NCBI GenBank assembly: GCA_905178155.1
Contig: CAJINV010000012.1
Location: forward strand, 2,701,765 to 2,765,764
Direction: 5' to 3'
DNA: 64,000 nucleotides
From: Amoebophrya sp. A120
Taxonomy: Eukaryota > Protista > Dinoflagellata
This document shows, in pieces, positions 51,601-58,555 of the stretch; position 1 is the stretch's first letter, and every line of letters begins with the position of its first letter. The position numbers and the translations under genes are program-made. Under the pieces are notes generated by a model. That model was not told the origin of the DNA and did no database searches. It was given only the letters and a program-made list of their open reading frames with translations.

Positions 51601-54600
51601 CACTAAAAGCAGGCACTGGAGGTCAAGAAAAGGCATTATTTCATACACAAGTAGTATCTAGGCGCCGGCTCCCCCGGTTTTCCCGGCCGGCGCCGGGGAG
51701 CCGCGGCTGGTCACCGAGACCAGTGCGCAAAAGTTTCAATTCTGGTATGTGGTTGGCGCACCGCCCGGGGAAGCCGCCGAACAGGTGCGGCAGCAGCTGT
51801 ATGCTGACACTGCTGGCGTGGACGCCTCTGCCTGCCAGCGGGGGCAGGCCGGTCGCGTCCCACTGACGACAAACCCAAAACCCGCGGCGGGTGGTTTCGT
51901 CTGCAGGAAGCGACTGGCGCAGGGCGTGGGCGAGATCGAAGTAGCGGGCTACCTTCGATCCCGCCGCGGGTTCACGCCCGGCCAACTAGCCATTTACGCC
52001 GCCCTGGGACAAGCCCCGCCGGCAGTTCCTCTGGGGTCGCCGCTGCCTAAGGAGGCCGCAGTTTTGTCTGGGTCTCGGTCTGGAAAAGAAGTGCGAAGGG
52101 GCTTTTTGTGCATGACACAGAAGGTCTAGCATGTGAAGCAGCACACGAAAGGCACCCGGGACGCGAAGGGTACCTAGAACAGAAAAAAGCTTAGAAAACA
52201 GACAACAAAACCTATAACCAGAAAAGCTTGGTCTGACAACGCCCAGTATTTGTCTGTGCTGCGCGGAACATACAGCTTGTTTGTATGTGGAGCGAAAGTG
52301 GTGCGGCTGTGATTGAATGTTCATTGTGGCATGAGAAAAACTCGTACAGAAACGGCGCGCTGCGGCTTTGCGGTTACCACAAGCAGGAGCGCGCGCGCGC
52401 GCGCGCGCAGCACAAGGGATCTGGCTGCGGGACGTCTTGCTTCGCACAAAGGTTGACTGAAGCTAGCGCGCGCGCGCGCGTAGTTCGAGGGCAAGGGCAA
52501 ATAATACGCGGCACGCATACAACAACGACCGAGAGGCCGCGCCTGAGGAAGTGCAGCCCTGCACGCAGGGCGAGGGAAAACACTCACACAATGACCGAGG
52601 AAGCGGCAGTGCTCTTTGGCCACTGCTCACATGGACATTTGCTCTCAATGGCGTCTGTATTTTAGCTAGCAGTCCGCGGGAATACAGATGACCGAGCGAC
52701 TGCGGACTGTGCGTAGTCGTAGTGCGGCGTAGCGCGGCCGCCGCTAAGCGGAACGCCGCGGGGCTAGCGCGGAACCATACAAAACAACGGCGCAGGGGCA
52801 TTGTAGGTCCCTTCCCGCACGGGGGGCCCGGGAAGTCCTGGGGGCCCCGTACGGGACGGTAGAACCAGTTTCGCAAGGGTCCGCAGGGAAAACTGCGGAC
52901 CATAAAATACGAAGAATTTGTATGTCTGGGTCTCGGTCTGGAAAAGAAGTGCGAAGGGGCTTTTTGTGCATGACACAGAAGGTCTAGCATGTGAACCAGT
53001 ATTCCTGAGACCCCCCATATTATATTTGTATGTCGGGACACGAAGGGGCCTGCCCCTAATTGTCCTAGAAGAAAGCGTGCCTATAAATCGCTTTCTCATA
53101 CAAATTTGGTATGTTTTATGGTCCGCTGCTTTCCCGGCGGACCCTTGCGAAACTGGTTCTACCGTCCGGTACGGGGCCCCCAGGACTTCCCGGTACCCCC
53201 GGACGCGAAGGGACCTACAATGCCTCTGCGCCGTCGTTTTGTATGGTTCCGCGCTAGCCCCGCAGCGTTCCGCGTAGCCGCGGTCGCGCTACGACGCACT
53301 ACGCGCCGCACTACGACGATGAACAGTCGGCAGTCGCTCGGTCATCTGCATTCCAACGGACTGCTAGCAGAAACAGAGTGGCCATAGAGAGCGAGTTTCC
53401 GTGTGAGCAGCAGCCAGAGTGCGCTGCAGTTCGGTCCTTGTAAATTCTCCCTCGCCCTGCCTGCCGGGCATCACTGCCCCGTATGCGGCCCTTCGGTCAT
53501 TGTAATACACATTCCAATCCTGCGCATTATTCGCCATTGCCCTCAAACGCGCGCGCGCGCGCTAGCTTTTATCACCATGTTTCTGGCGGAGTAAAATACG
53601 CAGTCAGGTCCCAAGCGTAGCACACATCTAACAACAAATCAGTAGGCAGCACAGTTCTAACTCCACACAGTAGCTTAATCGTTTTAAATCAATCGCGTCC
53701 ACTACATTCCGCACGCGCTTCCCTAATCAAAGATCGATCCAAGCAATACCTGTAAAACCGCATCAATTCAAAGTAGTATAATCATCGGCAGCACTGTAGC
53801 AGAGCAGTTTTTTGGTTTTGAACAAGCAGAGACAACATTGACAGTTTAGCTGTATTAGTATCTACGCATCGGCAGCAGTACAGGGCAGCTTTTTGTGCAT
53901 GAACAGTCTCGGTCTGGAAAAGAAGTGCGAAGGGGCTTTTTGTGCATGACACAGAAGGTCTAGCATGCAAGTCCTAGCTGCAGCACAGGTTTTGAGCAGG
54001 TTAGGCGATGCCTAATCTTCCGCGTGAGGAGGACAAGTGCCCTCTTGTTATGGTCGTGGCAAGAAATGAGCAACTTTTGCGGTCCATGGGTGAGAGATTT
54101 TTTTCTGGTCTCAAATACGCTGCATCAGAAGTTTATTACATGTTTCCAGACGACCCAGACATTTTTGCATTTGATATCGTCCCGGTAAAAACGTCCCCGC
54201 AATGCGAAGACCAGTCGTCAAAACTCAGAAACCTGCGCAACGCCTCGGCCTCGCTGGCACCGCTCAGGTTGCGCACCTGCATCAGAACGCCGTGGTGGTT
54301 GTCCTGGGCTTGAGGGGAATTTTGGAATTCGTAATTGCTTTTGGCCAGGTTGAAATTCGCGGCCGTAATCTTCACGCTGTTTATCAAATGCAAATATTAT
54401 CCCTGGATCATGTCTGGAAAGAACTTGTAATGCTGGGTGCCGTAACATTCATCAGGAGGCCACAAGTGCTGGCTCAGCATGACAAGTTTCATCTGAGCTT
54501 CTAGGTGCTATGCCTATTCTGCATGACAGACTGCCTTTCTGCATGACAGAAAAATGGGTCTCTCTCTCTTGGGTAAAAATGTGCATGACAGATTTAAGAG

Positions 54601-56004
54601 TCATGCGAAACAAGCATGACAAATCTTGCATTCTTCCAGACCCAGACATTTTTACTTTTGATACTGTTCGTGAAGTTTCCACTCGGGCCGTAGTCGTACG
54701 TATGGAAGCGTCAGGTTTGAAATCGTCAAAGTTGAAATAATATATTTGTAATGCATAAAATGCATGGCCCGAGGTGCGTGTGTTGCAGAGCAGGCAAGTG
54801 ATGTCGATTGTGAGCCTGTTTGGGGTTACAGCTCGAGCTGCTAAAGTAGCATGAGAAAATCACTCTTCTTTGCCTAAACAGCATGACAAACTGGATCTAG
54901 GGACCACCGAAATTTGTCATGCGCCACTTGGAAGGAAACAGGGTTCCAACTGGCATCCATTTTATGCATGACAAATTATTTCAACTTTGTCGATTTCAAC
55001 TCTGACACATCCATAGTACGCGGGCTTCTCGTATCCCCCCCCGGACAGCATTGCGTAGTAATTGTTGTCGGTCTCCTGCATGTATCTGCGCAGGCCGTCC
55101 TTCAAAGGCCGCCCCAAAACGTTGTCCACCGCCGTGTCCGTTTGCAGTTGGTCCTCGATCAGAAACATGTCCGGCTCCGTGACCTCCCCGGCCTGGTTGT
55201 AATGCGAGTCCATGAAATTCATGTGCAGGCCGTACTTGAGGAGCAGCACGGTTTCCGTTTTGGTAGAATCGTACCAAGCACAGTGGTTGTTGTACAGCGC
55301 GTCCAGTTCCTGGTTCGTGCGAACGCCGTTCCCGTCCCGATTGTCCACGCCGGATATCAAATGTAAAAATGTCTGGGTCTGGAAAAGTGGAGCTTGTAAT
55401 GCGTGTCGTGCATTCCTGGAAAATCTGTGTTGCATGAGCAGCAAAAGAGCGGCTTTCTTTGTCATGCAAAAACGCAATTTGTAATGCGTGCTAGGCATCA
55501 GAAGGCCTCTACTCAAAAACTTGTCATGCTTGGCTGCCATTGGAACCGCTTCAATCATGCGCAATTCAGCATCACAAGTTTCCAGACCCAGACATTTTTG
55601 CATTTGATACCGGACATCCGGGCGCACTTCTCGTAGGCCGCGAACGCCTCGAAGCAGCCGGGCTTGCACAGGTAGCTGCCAAAATTGCTGCGATCGAATT
55701 GGGCACCCGCGTGCAGTCCCACAACCGACGAGTCGCTGTTCCGCATCATCCCGAAGCAATTCACGTAATAATCCGCGCACCGGTACATACAGGAATACAC
55801 TCGCCGCGAGTTCCCCGCGTCCTTAAAGTCTTCCAGGCATTCCTTGTGCACCGTCCGCGGGCTCATGGTGTACAGTGTCGCCAACACGATCTTCGCCGCC
55901 CCTTGCAACGAGAACAGTAGGAACATCCTTCGCAGCAGCCCGCGGCCCCTGCAGACGGCTTTGTAGTTCGTCGTTGTGTCAAAGACGTCCAGCATCTTCA
56001 TCAT
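15670..56004 (-). CDS. Large type I membrane/surface protein (~1997 aa, 54 exons) with a Cys-rich ectodomain, PAN/apple-like modules, one TM helix and a ~175-aa cytoplasmic tail
   Basis: Hand-spliced across 53 TIR elements into one stop-free frame (5994 nt). Possible signal peptide MFLLFSLQGAAKIVLA (ATG 55926). PAN-like CLQRCANEAKCTFFVF...ECSLR. TM FFGLGIGVGIGIFVGVGLCLCGCCFAAFYLF (~18411-18660). Confidence 0.85.
15889..16195. mobile_element. TIR intron, family A
   Basis: DR ttcgc/ttcgc; frame SSRA|NKSM. Confidence 0.88.
16238..16509. mobile_element. TIR intron, family A
   Basis: DR tgtcg/tgtcg. Confidence 0.88.
16567..17760. mobile_element. TIR intron, family F, with a nested insertion
   Basis: TATGGAAGCGTCAGG...CCTGACGCTTCCATA; DR aacca/aacca. 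Confidence 0.88.
16603..17475 (+). mobile_element. Nested non-autonomous element, possibly Helitron-like
   Basis: Interrupts the family F sequence at A|T. Ends with hairpin gctccggc-ggta-gccggagc followed by CTGG. Internal gagaggtggc/gccacctctc repeats. Confidence 0.45.
17804..17968. mobile_element. TIR intron, family B
   Basis: DR ccgag/ccgag; right end CGTA. Confidence 0.85.
18112..18379. mobile_element. TIR intron, family A
   Basis: DR gggac/gggac. Confidence 0.88.
18429..18574. mobile_element. TIR intron, family B
   Basis: DR aaggc/aaagc (the difference is synonymous). Confidence 0.85.
18677..18951. mobile_element. TIR intron, family A
   Basis: DR cctga/cctga. Confidence 0.85.
19052..19388. 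mobile_element. TIR intron, family H
   Basis: TATCACAATGAAAAA...TTTTTCATTGTAATA; DR degenerate (ttcgc/gccgg) but the frame is restored. Confidence 0.78.
19604..19882. mobile_element. TIR intron, family E
   Basis: TATCCTGAGTAAAAACGTACCCACACCAGAGT TIR; DR acgtt/acgtt. Confidence 0.9.
20055..20850. mobile_element. TIR intron, family A, with a nested retroposon-like insert
   Basis: DR gagcg/gagcg. Confidence 0.87.
20253..20770 (-). mobile_element. Nested SINE/non-LTR-like insert (same family as 41653-41812)
   Basis: First ~160 nt closely match 41653-41812; short tetranucleotide tail at the left end. Confidence 0.6.
20925..21367. mobile_element. TIR intron, family G
   Basis: TATCAAAAGGAAAAATCC...GGATTTTTCCTTACGATA; DR ggtgc/ggtgt. 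Confidence 0.85.
21452..22509. mobile_element. TIR intron, family E, with a ~0.8-kb nested insert
   Basis: DR gcgtc/gtgtc. Confidence 0.82.
22600..22801. mobile_element. TIR intron, family B
   Basis: DR tggag/tggag. Confidence 0.85.
23225..23541. mobile_element. TIR intron, family F
   Basis: DR gcgat/gcgat. Confidence 0.88.
23670..24043. mobile_element. TIR intron, family G
   Basis: DR gcagt/gcagt. Confidence 0.85.
24430..27410. mobile_element. Foldback/long-TIR element with minisatellite cargo
   Basis: ~24430-24730 is a diverged reverse complement of ~27155-27410. The interior has an 18-bp ttcccgctttccccgtgc array (25600-26190) and gcaaaatattttgc palindromic arrays (26260-26850). Confidence 0.65.
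27780..28080. repeat. ~131-bp tandem repeat (about 2.3 copies)
   Basis: tacgccgcgtcctgc recurs at ~27785, 27917 and 28048. Confidence 0.8.
28294..28674. mobile_element. TIR intron, family G
   Basis: Clear TIR; DR degenerate (gcctc/ccgtg); frame restored with a 5-nt overlap. Confidence 0.78.
28757..29194. mobile_element. TIR intron, family E
   Basis: DR tgtgt/tgtgt; small nested insert at 28798-28930. Confidence 0.85.
29282..29520. mobile_element. TIR intron, family C
   Basis: TATCCAAGAAAAAAACTGTG...CACAGTTTTTTTCTTGCATA; DR ccaaa/ccaaa. Confidence 0.9.
29583..29842. mobile_element. TIR intron, family L
   Basis: TATGAGAGTGCACAAC...GTTGTGCACAGTCATA; DR cgttg/tgttg. Confidence 0.85.
29904..30211. 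mobile_element. TIR intron, family A
   Basis: DR aagtc/aggtc. Confidence 0.85.
30361..30659. mobile_element. TIR intron, family A
   Basis: Clear TIR; DR degenerate (agtga/tagga). Confidence 0.78.
33200..33530 (+). pseudogene. Degenerate PIF1-type helicase fragment (Helitron-derived)
   Basis: LVEGSRV...LLVPRL...RRPLQFPLRLAYCKT resembles the PIF1 C-terminal LxNGTR / PRI / RxQFPLRLAYAxT motifs. KSQG and the upstream motifs are lost. Confidence 0.6.
33940..34260. repeat. ttctaaaa-based minisatellite with inverted ttttagaa copies
   Basis: Repeated cttctaaaa units of ~13-14 bp. Confidence 0.8.
35996..37572. mobile_element. Non-autonomous element with split direct repeats (A-B-A-B)
   Basis: A at 35996-36104 and 36377-36486; B at 36216-36385 and 37402-37571; internal short tandem arrays at 37010-37350. 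Confidence 0.65.
37640..37798. mobile_element. TIR intron, family B
   Basis: DR gttgc/gttgt. Confidence 0.85.
37840..38144. mobile_element. TIR intron, family A
   Basis: DR degenerate (atatt/ctttt). Confidence 0.78.
38183..38837. mobile_element. Long-TIR foldback MITE acting as an intron (family N, TAC...GTA ends)
   Basis: ~150-bp inverted arms starting TACACAAGTGAAATATGCCCC; DR cacgg/cacgg; frame DYCAV|SED. Confidence 0.88.
38855..39182. mobile_element. TIR intron, family F
   Basis: DR gtcgg/gtcgg. Confidence 0.88.
39331..39665. mobile_element. TIR intron, family G
   Basis: DR cgagg/cgggg. Confidence 0.85.
39722..40023. mobile_element. TIR intron, family A
   Basis: DR ccgct/ccgtt. Confidence 0.85.
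40168..40406. mobile_element. TIR intron, family D
   Basis: DR cagct/cagct. Confidence 0.88.
40537..41364. mobile_element. TIR intron, family G, with a nested insert
   Basis: DR cggcg/cggcg. Confidence 0.87.
40828..41304. mobile_element. Nested insert with loose inverted ends and telomere-like repeats
   Basis: 15-bp duplication caaattttc[g/a]gaagt; aatcacgtt/aacgtgatt inverted motifs. Confidence 0.6.
41428..41901. mobile_element. TIR intron, family F, with a nested insert
   Basis: DR ggtgc/ggcgc. Confidence 0.83.
41653..41812 (-). mobile_element. Truncated SINE/non-LTR-like insert
   Basis: 7-bp TSD ctgctct (41646-41652 / 41813-41819); homologous to the 20253 insert. Confidence 0.65.
42354..43954. 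mobile_element. TIR intron, family G/H-like, with a 1.2-kb nested insert
   Basis: TATTACAGTGAAAAA...TTTTTCATTGTAATA; DR gatgt/gacgt. Confidence 0.83.
42522..43751 (-). mobile_element. Nested non-LTR/SINE-like insert
   Basis: 18-bp TSD tgcaggtaatctgtcatg; shares the end ttggaaggctaagggcagggcgtccca with 50515-50671. Confidence 0.7.
44008..44285. mobile_element. TIR intron, family A
   Basis: DR ttcgg/gtcgg. Confidence 0.85.
44365..44626. mobile_element. TIR intron, family A
   Basis: Perfect ~30-bp TIR; DR gcccg/gcccg. Confidence 0.9.
44662..44870. mobile_element. TIR intron, family C (opposite orientation to 29282)
   Basis: TATGCAAG...TTCTTGGATA; DR taacc/tcacc. Confidence 0.86.
45044..45217. 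mobile_element. TIR intron, family B
   Basis: DR tcccc/taccc. Confidence 0.83.
45333..45880. mobile_element. TIR intron, family G
   Basis: DR ggaaa/ggaaa. Confidence 0.83.
45925..46281. mobile_element. TIR intron, family A
   Basis: DR ctttt/tttct. Confidence 0.8.
46604..46809. mobile_element. TIR intron, family K
   Basis: TATGGCGAGAAAAAAGTTTGTCAC...GTGACGAACTTTTTTTGTTTGATA; DR gtcga/gtcga. Confidence 0.87.
46847..47020. mobile_element. TIR intron, family B
   Basis: DR acgcc/acacc; right end GGTA. Confidence 0.83.
47088..47359. mobile_element. TIR intron, family M
   Basis: TATAACCTGCTCA...TGAGCAGGTCATA; DR atctt/atctt. Confidence 0.87.
47407..47652. mobile_element. TIR intron, family D
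   Basis: DR cgcgg/ttcgg. Confidence 0.8.
47711..47950. mobile_element. TIR intron, family J
   Basis: TATCGACACAGTAAATT...AATTTACTGTGGATA; DR gaaaa/gaaaa. Confidence 0.85.
47991..48358. mobile_element. TIR intron, family H
   Basis: DR attgc/atcgt. Confidence 0.8.
48403..49258. mobile_element. TIR intron, family A, with a nested insert
   Basis: DR caagc/caagc. Confidence 0.86.
48444..49030 (-). mobile_element. Nested insert with a (TTGG)4 / (CCAA)n tail
   Basis: Interrupts the family A sequence; tetranucleotide tail at the left end; possible acttg duplication. Confidence 0.5.
49514..49746. mobile_element. TIR intron, family I (opposite orientation to 6098)
   Basis: TATCGCCAGAAAAAACTGTT...TTCGTGGGATA; DR atcca/atcca. 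Confidence 0.86.
49811..50375. mobile_element. TIR intron, family C, containing a second TIR element
   Basis: DR acggc/acggc. Confidence 0.86.
49867..50165. mobile_element. Family A-like TIR element nested inside a family C intron
   Basis: TATCAAATGC...GCATTTGATAGAGATA; DR ggagg/ggagg. Confidence 0.8.
50466..50998. mobile_element. TIR intron, family G, with a nested insert
   Basis: DR aaagc/aaaat. Confidence 0.8.
50515..50671 (-). mobile_element. Truncated copy of the 42522 family
   Basis: 10-bp TSD agtttctgat; same 27-nt end. Confidence 0.7.
51087..54176. mobile_element. TIR intron, family A, expanded to 3.1 kb
   Basis: DR ccatc/tcgtc; the left subterminal segment is present four times. 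Confidence 0.8.
54382..54663. mobile_element. TIR intron, family A
   Basis: DR ctgtt/ctgtt. Confidence 0.87.
54701..55015. mobile_element. TIR intron, family F
   Basis: DR gtacg/gtacg. Confidence 0.88.
55355..55609. mobile_element. TIR intron, family A
   Basis: DR ccgga/ccgga; frame RMSG|VDNR. Confidence 0.9.
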
Positions 56005-58016
56005 CTTAGTTACTCCGGTGCTGACTACACGTCTGTCTCCTGTGAGACAGAACCAAGGGTGTAGTTGAGTAGTGAAATAGAAATGAGATGTGAATGATTT
56101 GGATGGCGTGTTCTTTCACAAGCAAGTAGCAAGAAGAGGTTAGTTTAGATTTTTTGTTGTGGAAGATGAGGTTGAAGATAAACTTGATTTAACGATAAAA
56201 ATTTTTATTGATTTGTTGACAGAAAAGTAGTCAGAATTTGCAATTTTTGATACGTGGAGTTATTTCATATACTTTGCTGCAGTTAAAGTTATCAGGAGAG
56301 AAATGGGGGTCGGACTATCGACATAGAACGACAGCTCTCCTGAAGGTGTTGCGAAAAGACGTGAAGATGTCAGACATTCTGTTGAAGTAAGTAGCTCGAA
56401 ATTAGAGTCACGAGATAATGCCTTAATGCCTTAGAAGTGTTAGACTCGGCCACGCCACGCTTGCCTTGTTGAGGGCGTTGTAGTCACGACAGCATGCGGA
56501 ATTAGAGATAATACTGCTAGCACTAGTGTACTACGTCGACGATAGGTAGCAAGTGCGCACGAGCTAGATATGTACGATGCCGACGATAGCAAAGCGATTG
56601 ATGTGCGACCGATGACTTCGTTCTATTCGGAGTATGTACGAACGGATTACCGATCTTCGGGAGGCTTTGGAGTTCGAACTACCGACATGATTCGTGCAGA
56701 GGGTTGTACAACTACTTCTACGCCAAAATAAGTCATTCGTCTGCGTTTCACCTTTCTTTTACACTACTTCTCCAGGGCACGAACATCTAGAAGGACGAAA
56801 ACCGAAGTAATGCTGTAGTCAACATCCGGCGCGCCGGCAACCGATCATTCCTCTACTAGAAGGCCGGCGGCCCTCTACTTCTTGACCATGCAAAAATGCT
56901 CAAGAACACCGATTTTTTTCACCAAACGGGGCGTACTAGATCATGACATGCAACCGAGTATCTTCAGGGTCGAATTACGATGAAATATTTTTTTCCTCGG
57001 GGACATCCATTACAGGAGCTACAACTACTGATTGATGTATTTCTATATTTTCTCGACAGCGGGCTTGTTCTTTCCAACCGAATATTATAAAAGCAGCGGC
57101 GTCCGCACAACTATTGTTTACCACAAGAACCGATCATGGATAATATTTCTTCAACGCGAGATACCTCTACCTGCTCTGGACGTAACAAGTAAGTAGCACC
57201 AACTAGGACGGGAAAGTTGTCAAGACCACGAAGCTGCAAATAAATTATGATCTTCACATGTTCAGCTAGCTAGTTGCACTTCGTTATGCAGGAGTTGTAG
57301 TCGCATCATGTAATCTATTTTTGACTTGGATTCTACTTCACTGATCAACACCGAAGTAGAATTTCCACGATCAGACACGGCGAAGAAGTAGAGGAAGAAC
57401 ACCACAACGCTGGCGCTGCTTGAGCTTGTACTTCGTTCTGGTGAGATTATAACGTCAATCATGAAGTAGAACGCGAGAGGACCGACCTCCTAGTTAGTAG
57501 CCACCAGACCTTGAACTTTATCTTCTCGTGTCGCCCCTTGTTCTGACTGTCGTCTTCATCTCCTCATCAATCGACTGACAGGACACTGACCTAAATCGGA
57601 AAAATTATTTCCGCAGTATGATATCTACTCGTGGTGCCTTTGAAAAATAATTCGTAGTTTCTTCTATCACTATCTGTTCTAGTGGTTCTTGCTGGTCACG
57701 ACCTCCAAGCCTGGCAACATCCTAAAAAATCGATTAATCGATAACTTCAAATTTCCGAATCAAGAAAAAAAGGACGCATATTTCCCCAAGTCGTACAAGT
57801 TCTTGCACCATGTAATTTTTAGCTCGAGCTCGGTTCATTACGTATTTGTTTTTCACACTCCTTTGCGGTGCAAACCTCACACATTCTTTGAAAAAGTTTC
57901 TCCGGCGAAAATCTTGGAAAACAGTCTGTAGGTATTGATGCCCAGGATCGACGATGCACTCCTGCCGACGCCGGGTTCTACTTGGTTTACTCCTTGGTAC
58001 TAACAAGTATTTTCAA

Positions 58017-58166
58017 TATGAAATGCAAAAGCATCGTACTAAGTATAAATCGCATGACAAATTCCCTCAGCATGACGAATAAAATTTGTAGTGCGGGTTT
58101 CCCTTAAGAAAAAGATTTGCAGTGCTGACTGCGATTACTACGAGTACGATACTTTTGCACAGGATA
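58017..58166. mobile_element. TIR element, family B, in non-coding DNA (possibly the PI4K 3' UTR)
   Basis: DR ttcaa/ttcaa; no long minus-strand ORF crosses it. Confidence 0.85.
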
Positions 58167-58555
58167 TTCAAAGTAGCTTGTTTATAATTCCCAGCATCAT
58201 GGCCGTCTTCTACTTAATATTTGTGTTTCATTTGGTGCTAGTAGCTTGTCTGTGGCAACTCGTCCTGCTCCACCGAGGATGAAGAGCTCGTCCTTTACCT
58301 CGTACGATGGCTTGGTGCAGGAGCGTCGTCCCAGCCGGGGTAGTTGCAGCTCTTGATCGAAGTAGATCGAAGAAGGATCCTCCAGACGGTACAACTTCTA
58401 CTCCACGGCAAGAAGACCCAAAAATGCTGCTGAAAGTGGATTAAGAAGTCATCTAACGGCACTGGCTGTGATCATCAGGAGGATCTTCAGGGAGGACCAC
58501 TACGCTGATTTGTTTTCCATCCTCAGCAACCGGTTATAGTACTTCTCCTTCTTTG

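Noticed and set aside
15670-56004. Interpretation as a pseudogene riddled with MITEs
   Set aside because: All 54 exons join stop-free and in frame, while DRs and element bodies have diverged and gained nested inserts, which implies continued selection on the exons.
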